Origin: Pirellulales bacterium
GTDB lineage: Bacteria; Planctomycetota; Planctomycetia; Pirellulales; JAICIG01
Reading direction: 5' to 3'
Assembly (NCBI GenBank): GCA_963786255.1
Contig: CAWAYY010000049.1
Coordinates: 109,795-173,794 of the forward strand
Length of the DNA: 64,000 bases
Positions 11,463 to 25,157 of the stretch are shown here, piece by piece. Each line of letters begins with the position of its first letter. Within the stretch, counting starts at the first letter, position 1. The notes below the pieces were generated by a model. The model was not told where the DNA came from, ran no database searches, and worked only from the letters and a program-made list of their open reading frames with translations. A program made the position numbers and the translations under genes.

Positions 11463-12812
11463 TTAAATCAATTCGCGGATCGGCTGGACGTGGTCGACCG
11501 GGTACTGCGGGCGGCCGGCCAGGTCGGTGACGGTGGCCGTGTTCACGTCGATGCCCAGGTTGTGATAGAGCGTGGCGAACACTTCCTGGAACGTCACGGG
11601 CCGGTCCTTGGCGTGCTCGCCCAGGCGGTTCGTCGAGCCGATGACCTGGCCGGCGCGCATGCCGCCGCCGGCCAGCAGTGCGCAACTGACGGGCGGCCAG
11701 TGATCACGGCCGCCGTTTGCGTTGATCTTCGGCGTGCGGCCGAACTCGCCCCAGACGACGACCGAGACGTCGCGGTCCAGCCCGCGCTCGTGCAGATCTT
11801 CGACCAGCGCGGACAGCCCCTGGTCGAGCATTGGCATGTGGTCTCGCGAATTCTCGAACGTCGTGCCGTATGGTTTGCCGTGCCAGTCCCAACGGCCGTA
11901 AGCCAGCGTGACGCAGCGGACGCCCGCCTCGACCAGCCGGCGCCGTGAGGAAATAAGTGTTCAAGAGCGGGCCGGCGTCGCCATAGCCGGCCGGCTTTTC
12001 CGAGCCGTAGCCGTAGCGGTCGCGCACGCGGCGGTCTTCGCGCGAAAGGTCGAGCGCCTCGGCCAGGCGGCTGGAAGTCAGGATGCCCAGCGCCTGCTGG
12101 TTGAATGCGTCCAGCCCCTGCATGGCGCCAGATGAGTCGGCCTCGCGGCGGAAACGGTCGAAGTTGGCCAGCAGCGCCTGCCGGTCGTGCAGACGGTCCA
12201 GCGTGACGCCGTTGAGCACCATGTCGGCGCCGCCCTCGGCGCTGGGCTTGAACGGCGCGTGAGCGATGCCCAGGTAGCCGGGCTGGCCGGGATCCGACCA
12301 GGCCGCCGCGCGCATCTTGGGCGACAAGCTGACGAACGGCGGGATTGACGGCTGCGTCGGGCCTTGCAGCTTGGAGACGAACGAGCCAAACGCCGGCCAG
12401 CCGCCGGGCGGCTGCGGATTGCGATTTGCGCCGTGAGGCATTGGAAGGCCGCGTGGGCGCCTTCGGAGCCGACAATCGAACGGATGGCGGCGAACTTATC
12501 CATCATCGAGGCGAGTTGCGGCAGCAACTCGCAGATCTCGATGCCCGGCACGTTGGTGGCGATGGGGCTGAACTCGCCGCGAATCTCGACGGGCGCCTCG
12601 GGCTTCAAGTCGATCAGATCCTGGTGCGGCGGTCCGCCGGACAGGAAGATCATGATCACGGCCTTGTGCGACGATCGCCGGCCCGATTGAGCTTCGGCGC
12701 GCAGCAATTCAGGAAGCGAAGCGCCGCCCATCGCCAGGCCGCCAATCTGCAGAAAGTTGCGACGCGTGATTCCGTCGCAATATCGCGATCCGCCCCCTTC
12801 GATCCTCAACAT
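11463..12812 (-). CDS. DUF1501 protein (frameshifted)
   Basis: [55 protein letters not shown]. Confidence 0.9.
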
Positions 12813-12912
12813 GGCCGAACCTCCAGCGTGCGATGACGGCCGGCGCGGCCCTGCCGCGCCGACGCCGAGAGCATAACAGAATTCGACGGTATTGCTAAAC
12901 ATTCTCGACCGA

Positions 12913-13057
12913 GCGGCGAGGTTCCGAGCGAATCGCAGCGAGATCTCCGCCCCCTTGCGTTCAAACCACTGTGGCAGCCGATCCGGGGTCGCGGTTAAGC
13001 GCAATCGCTCGGGCGACTTGCAGCAAGCGACGGTGTCTTTCGCTCGGAGCTCGCTGC
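12913..13057. repeat. Imperfect long-range inverted repeat in a divergent intergenic region
   Basis: GCGGCGAGGTTCCGAGCGAA (12913-12932) versus TTCGCTCGGAGCTCGCTGC (13039-13057). TATAAT at 13079-13084 lies just downstream. Confidence 0.5.
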
Positions 13058-13164
13058 ATCCTTCGCGCGTGCTTTCCGTATAATGGTTTGGCGCCAGCAA
13101 ACACATTTGCGAGTCGCCTGTCGTTGCGACGAAGCCCTGAACTCCTGTCACTGCCTGCGGTCTC

Positions 13165-14058
13165 ATGGATCCCGCGAACATGCCACCCCAGCCGCTACAA
13201 TTCGGCCTGAAAACCATTCTGGCGATCACGGCGGCATTTGCGGCGTTGTTTGCCGCGGGCGCCTGGTTTGGCATCAACGGATTCTTCGGCTTCTTGCTGC
13301 TCGCCGCCCTGGCCGCGATCTTCTTCGAGCCGCGAATGCGGTTCGGAGACAGATTCGTATGGGCAACTCTGCTCTTGCTCCTGACCGGTTGTTTGTGGCC
13401 ATTACTTCCGGCGAGAGTCCCTTACGATCATGTAGTGAGTCGTAGGTCGCAATGCATCAACAACCTCAAGCAGATCGGCCTGGGCTTGCAGAACTACGCC
13501 GACGCTTACGGTTGCTTTCCGCCTGCCTATTTGACCGACGAAAACGGCAAGCCGATGCACAGTTGGCGGGTACTGATCCTGCCATTCCTCGCGCAACAGG
13601 CGCTCTACGACCAATACGATTTCAATGAGCCGTGGAACGGCCCGCACAACTCGCTGCTGGCGAAGCCAATGCCGTCTATTTTCCGCTGTCCAAGCGGCAC
13701 GGCCAACAAGGGCGCGACCACCAATTACGTCGCCATCGTGGGCCCAGAGACTATGTGGCAAGCCGATCATGGCGCGAAGTTCAGCGAAATCAAAGACGGC
13801 ACGCCGATGACGATCGCGGTCGTGGAAGCCGCCGGGGCCAAGATCAACTGGATGGAGCCGCGGGACTTGCCGTTCTCGGCGGTATTGCAGGGCATCAACG
13901 CAAAGCAGGGCGGGGGAATCGCCAGCGCGCATCCCGGCGTCGTGATCGCCCTCTTTGCCGACGGCCATACGCAGACGCTTTCCGAAACGACGCCTATAGA
14001 CGTTCTCAAAGCCCTGTGTACCAAGGCGGGCGGCGAGGAAATTCAAAACGGGTTCTAG
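13165..14058 (+). CDS. DUF1559 (SBP_bac_10) membrane protein
   Basis: [35 protein letters not shown], and HPG...FADG (H-X9-DG motif). Confidence 0.9.
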   Translation: MDPANMPPQPLQFGLKTILAITAAFAALFAAGAWFGINGFFGFLLLAALAAIFFEPRMRFGDRFVWATLLLLLTGCLWPLLPARVPYDHVVSRRSQCINNLKQIGLGLQNYADAYGCFPPAYLTDENGKPMHSWRVLILPFLAQQALYDQYDFNEPWNGPHNSLLAKPMPSIFRCPSGTANKGATTNYVAIVGPETMWQADHGAKFSEIKDGTPMTIAVVEAAGAKINWMEPRDLPFSAVLQGINAKQGGGIASAHPGVVIALFADGHTQTLSETTPIDVLKALCTKAGGEEIQNGF

Positions 14059-14108
14059 ACAGGCGGACTGCGCAAATGAGGGCGTCGCACGTTCGGAGAG
14101 AGACCGTA

Positions 14109-14334
14109 GGTTTTGTTCCGCTCCGCCACCGCCGGGCTCGTCCCGGGGGAGCGCTGATTGATCAGCTAGAAACCGGCTTTCACCGCAACCCCTGCTTCCT
14201 TTTCCGCGTTTGTTCGCCGCCCGTGGAGGCGAACAAACGCGGAAAAGGAAGCCCCGCTTCTCAGCGCGGTAAGCGCTTCTAGCTGCAAGTCATCGCCCGC
14301 CCGGGACAAGCCCGGGTCGTGGCGGAACCAAACC
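14109..14334. repeat. Nested palindromic element (REPIN/MITE-like), ~225 bp
   Basis: Perfect 25-bp stem 14194-14218/14228-14252. It is enclosed by CAGCTAGAA..ACCGC / GCGGT..TTCTAGCTG and by outer arms 14109-14146/14301-14334. Confidence 0.8.
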
Positions 14335-14571
14335 AGCAGAGCGCCGATTCGCCAGACAAGCGATTTTGCGCAGCCTCGCCGCCGCGCGCCTCGCATGCCC
14401 GCATCCTCCCTTTTCACGGAGCAGGACTTTCTTTTCCGCCCGCTTGCAAAGTCGGGGCGTGTACGGTACTTGTGTTAGTTTGGGCCGCTCGCCCGCCGCC
14501 GGGAGAGCGCGTATTTCCGAGTGCGGGCTGTGGCGAGCCGCGGCAAGGTCTGCGGCAGGGAAACAAACTTC

Positions 14572-15010
14572 ATGGCTGAAAAGAACAGTAAGAGCGACAA
14601 GGCCGAAAAGAGCGAAGCGGCGGACAAGACCGCGGAGAGCGAAAGCGCCAAGAAACGCATCCTGCTGGTCGACGACGATCAGGAAATCATCGAGTCGATG
14701 CGGCTCGCGCTGGAATCTCGCGGCTATAAGATTCTGGTCGCTCGCGACGGCAATCAAGGTCTCGCCATGGCCGAACGCGAGGATCCCGACCTGCTGATCC
14801 TCGACATGATGATGCCCAAAAGGAGCGGTTTTCTCGTGCTGGAGAAACTGCGCCGCAGCCGCCCGGTGCCGATGCGGCGTGATCATGATCACGGCCAACG
14901 AAGGCAGCCGCCATAAAGCGTACGCCGAAATGCTCGGCGTCGATGATTATCTCCGCAAGCCGTTCGCCATGGACCGCCTGATGGAAAGTGTCGGGCGGTT
15001 GCTGGCCTGA
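14572..15010 (+). CDS. Single-domain response regulator with a charged N-terminal extension (indel near 14875)
   Basis: [19 protein letters not shown], then VIMITANEG...[10 protein letters not shown] in the next frame. Confidence 0.85.
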
Positions 15011-15360
15011 CGGGCCCGCGCCGTCTGAGTCAGTGGCGCCTGGTTCGCGGCAAGGCGGCGCAAATGCCAGCTCGAATTGCGACGGTTCGTTGCTGCCACT
15101 TCCGCCGCTCATCGGAAACCGCGTAGGGGAGCGTTGGCCCGCCCGAGAGGATCGGTTTTCTTGGCGATCTCTCGTTGAGTCCGCGAGCATCTAAGAGTCG
15201 CCGGACGCTTCTTTGACCAATTGGCCGGCTCGACGTCTAAAAAATGTTGAAAAGATATTTCCCAGGTGGCTAAACACAAGCCATTTGTGCGTATCGTGTT
15301 AGGGTGACTGGCGGCGGCCGTTTCGCGGTCGCCCGCGACTCCCATTCACAAAAGTTGATA

Positions 15361-15389
15361 TTGCCCGCTTAGCAACCGCTGTACATACT
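15361..15389 (+). promoter_or_regulatory. Candidate sigma70-type promoter for the prkA operon, embedded in an inverted repeat
   Basis: TTGCCC-N17-CATACT. It overlaps the palindrome TGCCCGC..GCAACC / GGTTGC.GCGGGCA (15362-15410). Confidence 0.4.
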
Positions 15390-15856
15390 TGATTATGGTT
15401 GCGGCGGGCAGATGTGCGGGAAGCCATGCATCTCGCACGCCGGCGAACGGAGAAGAAGCACAGCCTTCCCGTCCCGCCACTCATCAGTTCCGGGTGTTCT
15501 TTCGCAAGTTCTCCCCTGGTCGCTCACGCGAATCGTAGATCGCTGCCCCAAACGGGACCGAGCAGCTTCGCCGGGCCGCCTGATATGCCGCACTAGTTAG
15601 GCATCTTATTTGAGACTGCGGCATTCTCAGCCGCCCGTCGTTTTTTCCTGCTTGATCCGTTTGGCCTCGGCCTCTGCGCGCCGTTAGCGGCCGTGTCACA
15701 GCCTGCACCGGCGCGGGAGAACCTGCGCCCTCAGGCGCATTTACAACCAAAATACCACCGCACGACGCGGAAGCTGGAATATCGGATGGACTGGGCAATT
15801 TAGAGGGGGCGTTTTTGAGGCGGCTGAATTAATCAGCCCGCCAGGGAGATCCCTCA

Positions 15857-17903
<2,047 letters not shown>

Positions 17904-17917
17904 TCCTGAACGCCGCT

Positions 17918-17986
17918 GGAGCGGAATTCGTGAGAGTTCCGTAGCGGCGGCGGAGATGACGACGGAATTCTCACGAGTTCCGCTGC
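17918..17986. repeat. GTAG-family REP doublet (REPIN), copy 1
   Basis: GGAGCGGAATTCGTGAGAGTTCCG ... CGGAATTCTCACGAGTTCCGCTGC in inverted orientation; same family as 60288-60391. Confidence 0.75.
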
Positions 17987-18051
17987 CTACACTCGGAACG
18001 GCGGGGCAGGCCCATGCGAAACCAAGGCGCACGTAACAGAGAGAACGGGCC

Positions 18052-19168
18052 ATGTTTGTCAAAATCGACCGAGACCAGTCTCGTTTCAAGCAGATCGTAA
18101 GGGGCAAAATTCGCGAGAACCTGCGGAAATACGTGACCCACGGCGAGATGATCGGCCGCAAGGGGCGCGATCTGGTCAGCATTCCCGTCCCGCAGCTCGA
18201 CGTGCCTCACTTTCGCTACGGCCAGAACGGCTCGGGCGGCGTCGGTCAGGGCGACGGCGAAGAGGGCGACCCGGTCGGCTCGGGCGACCCCAGGATGGAG
18301 ACGGCACGCGGCCAGGCCGGCAGCGATCCCGGCGGCCATATCCTGGAGGTCGAAGTTTCGCTGGAAGAGCTGGCCGAGATCATGGGCGACGAGCTGGAAC
18401 TGCCGCGGATCGAGCCCAAAGGCAAAGCGAACATCATCGACGAGAAAACCCGCTACACCAGCATCCGCCGCACGGGGCCCGAGTCGCTGCGGCACTTCAA
18501 GCGGACCTACATGGAGGCGCCTGCGCCGGCAGATTTCTTCCGAACAGCTACAACGCAAGCCGGCCCGCTGATCGTGCCGATCCGCGAAGACAAGCGCTAC
18601 CGCTCCTGGACGACCACGCCGCTGCCCGACGCCAACGCCGCAGTCATCTACATGATGGACGTCTCGGGCTCGATGACCGACGAGCAGAAGCAGATCGTCC
18701 GCACCGAGGCGTTCTGGATCGACACCTGGCTCAAGAGCCAGTACGACGGGCTGGAAACTCGCTACATCATCCACGACGCCGCGGCCAAGGAAGTCGATGA
18801 AGAAACGTTCTACCACACCCGCGAAAGCGGCGGCACCCGGATCAGTTCCGCCTATCAAGGTGTGCGTCGACCTGATCGACCGCGAATTTCCGCCGTCGGA
18901 ATGGAATATTCTACTGTTTCAGTTCTCCGACGGAGACAACTGGGGCGAAGACAACCAGATCAGCCTGAAGCTGCTGGGCGAGCGAATCCTGCCGCAGGTC
19001 AATCTGTTCTGCTACGGCCAGGTCGAAAGCCCTTACGGCAGCGGCGAGTACCTCCGCACGCTGCGAGACGGACCCGGCAAGGACGCCGAGAACCTGGTGC
19101 TCTCGGAAATCCGCGACCGCGACGCCATTTACGACTCGATCAAGCTGTTTCTGGGCAAAGGAAAGTGA
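18052..19168 (+). CDS. yeaH: DUF444 / YeaH-YhbH family vWA-like protein (indels)
   Basis: [16 protein letters not shown]-like [26 protein letters not shown]; lies between prkA and spoVR. Confidence 0.9.
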
Positions 19169-19172
19169 AGTC

Positions 19173-20697
<1,525 letters not shown>

Positions 20698-20709
20698 GGA
20701 GCGTGCGAG

Positions 20710-21190
20710 ATGACGCTGGCAGAAAAAACCCGATCGACCTTAGCCGCCTGGCCTCCGTTTGCCAGCGGCCAGCAGACCTTATCCGTCGACGAGTCCGGCC
20801 AGCGTCTGGTGTGCGAGCTTACGGGCCTCGACGCGTTCGGTTGCGTGTTCGTGCGGTTTGAACTGCACAGCGACGCCTTATCCAATGCCACGATGGAGCG
20901 GGTGCGGGAGATCAGCAAGAGCTTATCCGCTCGGCTGACTTACTTGCTGGAACCGATTGCGCCGATCGAATCCGACGCGGAGCAGTGCATCATTCAAATG
21001 CGTTCCAATCCGCCGCAGCGCGACGAGCAGGGTACGAGCTATTACGAGTTACTCGTCCGCCGTGGCGGCGCCTTGAGTCTCTGCCGCTGGAACAAGGCCC
21101 CCGGCGACATCGCGTCAGGCCTTGCCCGCCCAGGTCACCCGCGAGGTCTTCCTGCGGCTGGTCGGCGACTTCTCCGCCGCGGCGGCGTGA
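20710..21190 (+). CDS. Hypothetical protein, probable fourth gene of the prkA operon (indel near 21115)
   Basis: RBS AAGGAG overlaps the spoVR stop; 12-bp gap. Contains RLTYLLEPIAPIE..QMRSNPP..YYELL. Confidence 0.7.
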
Positions 21191-21399
21191 GAGGGCGGCG
21201 ATTCGCGGGTTTCGCTGCTGGCGAGAACTCAATTCTGTTCGAGTCTGCCGCCTGCGGATAAATGACGCGTAAACGGTCGGCGACTGGTTTGAGGCTTTCG
21301 GTCGAGCCGCTTGGAAACCCAATCGCCCGATCGATGAGGCCCTATGCCGGGTCCCCTCACGCGGAGCGTGATGTCTAATGTAAGACCAATGGCAGACTC

Positions 21400-22424
21400 C
21401 CGCGGAGCACCGTTCGAGACGCGAAGCTCGGCGTACAGTATTATAGACTTCGGCCGAGCCGATCACGTGTAGCTGCGCTGTCCATGCCGCCCAGAACATA
21501 AATTCGGCCGTCCGCCCCCGCCACGCCAGCCATCGACTCGCCCAGATCGGCATGGGCGCCGTCGCCTGCCTGCCCGTCGTATTCGTGATGAGCAAGCTCT
21601 CATCCTCGGAACTGCTAACGCGAATTCTTAAGGCAGAGGCGCCGGGGTCTGCATAGGTGTGACCGCCGCTAACGGTGAACTGCCCCGCAGCGCCGCTCAC
21701 CGTGCCGACGCTGTCGGGCGTGCCGTCCCCCCAATCAATCACGGCTGTGAAATCCGAGGCCTGGCTGAGCGAACTGCTGTCGCGAAACGTGGCTAAGCAT
21801 CGAGGATAAATAACTTCCGTATATACAACCGCCTGAAACCCCACTGGCGGGGCTGATTTGCAGCTATTTGTCCCAAGTTCGGAGGTTATTTAATCCTCAA
21901 TGCAAGGGGCCATCGAAAGGCACGCCGCTGATCGGCGCAACCGTAACCGGTCCCGCGACCAGCGATCCATCGAGGACGTGCAATACGCTGGACGAAGGTA
22001 AGACAGCCGTTTCGTGGAGGTTCGCCGCCGTATCGGAAATGCTTACCGTCGGGTTATATGTGCCGGCTTGGAAGACATGAGTTCCGTCGACTTCGAATTT
22101 GCCGCCGCCGAGAGCGATGATCGTTCCTGCCGTGTTGGGCGACCCGTCGCCCCACGAAATGTTTGCGGTCAGGTCGGCGACGCCGGCATTCGCGCGATTG
22201 TCAGTAAACGTGTCGACCGCGCCGCGGTATGTTCCTTCGATCACCGGCCCTAAAAAAGACACCGGATCCGGCGCCAGTGTCGCCGTCAGCAAGGAACGTT
22301 CTTCAAGGCATTCGCTCCGGAGGGGCGTCGCATGATGCAAACGCTGGAACCGGTGCGGGCAATCGCCCTGGCGAGATCGGCCGCGAAGCCTCGGGCGAGC
22401 TGAGAAGCGGAAATCAAGAATCAT
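21400..22424 (-). pseudogene. Degraded planctomycete surface protein (LExR leader, PKD/Ig-like repeats, one Kelch repeat)
   Basis: ECLEERSLLT leader, two [AV]xI[SD]WGDG...F[ET]VxGxH repeats, and a Kelch DGRIYVLGG...SAEVYN split by frameshifts. An AT-rich break lies at about 21800-21900, and the gene decays after one Kelch repeat. Confidence 0.6.
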
Positions 22425-22844
22425 GGCATCGGATTAAGGCATCCGGAGCGACGCCCGACCCGAATGGCCGACGTGATGTAGGACCGCTCCCGCTGAACTG
22501 CCCCAGGCAACCGCTCCTCAGATAGATTGCCTACCAGTTTAATAGAACGGAGTATCATGGCTACCAGTTAGAAGAAAAAGCGTCCAAAAGCGTACAGAAA
22601 CGTTTTGCTTTTGGGGTGAGAGCGGCTGAGATATCACAAACGCGCCAAGCCAGCGCGGAGCTAGATTCGGCGATGAACTCTCGCCCGAGGCGGCTCTTTG
22701 AGCCTGGAGTCGCTGAGACGCAAGACGCCGCTCCCCGACGGGCGAGACCGGGAGTTCCTAAAAGCTGCTGGCCGTGGAATGGGCGGCCCGAACGAGCGGA
22801 TGGGCGGATCGTGCCGTGCGAAGCAACTCGATTATCCGGACGCT

Positions 22845-23873
22845 CTAGCCCAGCATTCCGCCGACCTTCAGCGGCGGACGTTCTTTAGCACGCAGCTCCT
22901 CGGCCTTCCAGTCCGCGGCGTCGGCGCAGAACAGATAGGGAACGTCTAGCGTTTCGGCCAGCCGTTGCATCAGTCGGGCTGCGCCGACAAAGTCGCTGGT
23001 CAATAGGATGGGCAGCCGATAAGAGCCGGCCTCGGCCGAGGACGAGAGCACGAGCAGACCCTGCACGGCCCAGGTAATGCTTTGACCACCCGAACCGGCG
23101 ACGGCGTATTTCCACGGACAGAGTTGCACGGCAGCGACCAATTCTCGGGGAATGGTCAGGCGGCGCCTGTTCGTCTCTCCCAGGAAAGCCCACTGAAGGC
23201 ACGCGGCAAAATCGGTTTCGTCGGGACCGCCTTCCGCGGGCGCATCCAGTTCGAGTTCGCGGCCATCAGCCGGAATGGTCAACCGGCACAGTCGCCGATA
23301 GCTCGCTCGTCTCAGCATGCCGATCAGCCAGAAAGCCGAACCGCCGCAAACGAGCGTTACGGCAACTCCGCCGAGTATCGAAAGCGGCCAGCCGACTTGA
23401 TTCACCCGGTCATGAATGCCCCAGCTCAACAGCCCGGCGAATACCGTCAAGAACGGAACGCCAAAGCCCAGCAGGAACCGCTTGTCGTTCCGCCACAGAT
23501 TTCGAGCGGGACGGAATTGCCAGCCCTCGCCGTCTTGGACAAGTTCGTGAGTGACTCGCCCATGTACGACCCAACCTTGCAGGACGACTGGTCCTGCGGG
23601 TATTCCCGGCAGCGAGTCGAGCGGAGCGTGTCTTATGCGGACTGGCGCAACGAGACTTCCGATCGACCAGAGCACGGGGACCGCGCCGAGCAGCGCGAAC
23701 GCTCCCGCACCGAATTTCAACGTCCACAGCGGCGCGCCGGGCGGCGCCATCCCGCCGGCATTCGCCAGCCCAACGATTCCGAGGAACAGAAAGCAGCCGC
23801 CCACGACCAGCGCAAGCCGCCGCGCCGGTTGATAGACCTCGGACTCCACTTCCTGCCGCTCTCGCAGAATCAT
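22845..23873 (-). CDS. Hypothetical membrane protein (about 4 TM segments)
   Basis: Intact 342-aa ORF with two hydrophobic helix pairs; no family recognised. Confidence 0.6.
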   Translation of the reverse strand: MILRERQEVESEVYQPARRLALVVGGCFLFLGIVGLANAGGMAPPGAPLWTLKFGAGAFALLGAVPVLWSIGSLVAPVRIRHAPLDSLPGIPAGPVVLQGWVVHGRVTHELVQDGEGWQFRPARNLWRNDKRFLLGFGVPFLTVFAGLLSWGIHDRVNQVGWPLSILGGVAVTLVCGGSAFWLIGMLRRASYRRLCRLTIPADGRELELDAPAEGGPDETDFAACLQWAFLGETNRRRLTIPRELVAAVQLCPWKYAVAGSGGQSITWAVQGLLVLSSSAEAGSYRLPILLTSDFVGAARLMQRLAETLDVPYLFCADAADWKAEELRAKERPPLKVGGMLG

Positions 23874-24135
23874 CTCGCGACCGTTCTTGCATCAGCCATT
23901 GGGCGGGCGTCGCCCAAGAGCATCATCGCCGCCAACTCGTCTCGCGACAAGCGGGGACATCGCCGACAAGCCGCTCGATCGCCAACCGTTCATTGAGGCT
24001 TTGTCCGGTGTGGCAAAGTCGCCAAAGCGTCGTTATCTTTCTAAGATTGACGTACGGTTTGGGGAACCCAAGGGCAGGGGTAGCGGTCGTCGGCATGCGG
24101 GGCCCACTGATCCGTGAAGCAAAGGCGAGAAAATC

Positions 24136-24621
24136 ATGAACATCTCCGCGCGATTCCAGCTTTCGCTCGTTTGTTCCGTTGCTTTGACGCTGACGGCTTG
24201 CGGTCCGGCCCCAAATGGCGCCGGGCCGGCCGGCCCCAGTGAGCCGGGACAAGCACCGGTCGAGGAAACGCCTCCCGCGGCGCCGCCCGTCAGCGACAGT
24301 CCGAATATGTCGGCCCAAGCGGCGACCATTCATCATCTGTCGCAAGAACTGATCAATTTGATGGACGACGTGCACAATAAGAAAATCATGAGTGCGCGCC
24401 AGGTGTCGGATGTTCGCCATGCCTTTGCGGAAAGGCTGACTTGGATCGACGACATGAGCGCCGATGAGGTGGCGGAAATGCGCAAGGCCACAGAGGCCTT
24501 GGACGACATGGTTGCCGAGATTCGCGCCCATCCGAGCGCCGCCGGCGACGCGGCCCTCGAAGCTCGCCTGAAAAAGCTCGAGGATTTCAACCGCTCCATC
24601 AAGGAAGCGATTCCCCAATAG
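24136..24621 (+). CDS. Hypothetical lipoprotein
   Basis: Lipobox LTAC after a hydrophobic segment, a Pro-rich linker and a helical C-terminus. Confidence 0.7.
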   Translation: MNISARFQLSLVCSVALTLTACGPAPNGAGPAGPSEPGQAPVEETPPAAPPVSDSPNMSAQAATIHHLSQELINLMDDVHNKKIMSARQVSDVRHAFAERLTWIDDMSADEVAEMRKATEALDDMVAEIRAHPSAAGDAALEARLKKLEDFNRSIKEAIPQ

Positions 24622-24879
24622 CCCGGCAGTGGGCCGGACGATCTGCGCAAAACCGCAACGCTGCCAGGCAGGCGCGGAACCGCCGGAGGCTGCTGATCGT
24701 GGCGAATCGCTCACCTGAGAATTTGGCACACTGGAAGCGCATTGCGCCAAACGGCCATCGCCCTACTCGGTGACGGAGAGCGCCACGCACGTCGAGGCGC
24801 TTAAGCTCGGTAAACTATGTCATCCAGCATCGGGTTGGATTCTGCCGGATGATGCCTTCGCCGCGCAGGACGGCTCGGA

Positions 24880-24990
24880 GCTGGCGGGGCTGTCGATTTT
24901 GAATATGGTCGAGCCGGCGAAGGTGGAGTGGCTCGCTGATGGGCGATTGCCCCGCGGGGCGCTGTGCGTCGTGGCGGGCGAGACCTGTGG
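24880..24990 (+). pseudogene. Fragment resembling the start of an AAA_25/RecA-family ATPase
   Basis: VEPAKVEWLADGRLPRGALCVVAG matches the typical pre-Walker-A segment, but the GKS/T motif is absent and the ORF stops at 25033. Confidence 0.4.
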
Positions 24991-25157
24991 CTTCTCGGCG
25001 TGTCCGGCTTCGATAACTGCGGCGGGCGCGTAGAAGCCGGACGCTCAAGCATGTCGAAGCGAAGTTGGCCAAGCGGAGGTGGCCAAGCGAAGATGGCCAA
25101 CTAACGAGCGGAAACTTCGGCGGGAACGTTGGGAAATCGTCCGCTCACGCCGATAGC

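Noticed and set aside
17918-17986. Palindromic repeats as a mini-CRISPR
   Set aside because: The units are inverted rather than direct, there are only two per locus, and no cas genes are present.
22675-22757. Imperfect hairpin (TCTCGCCCG/CGGGCGAGA) downstream of the membrane protein gene
   Set aside because: Short GC-rich arms, single copy in the window; could be chance or a simple terminator.
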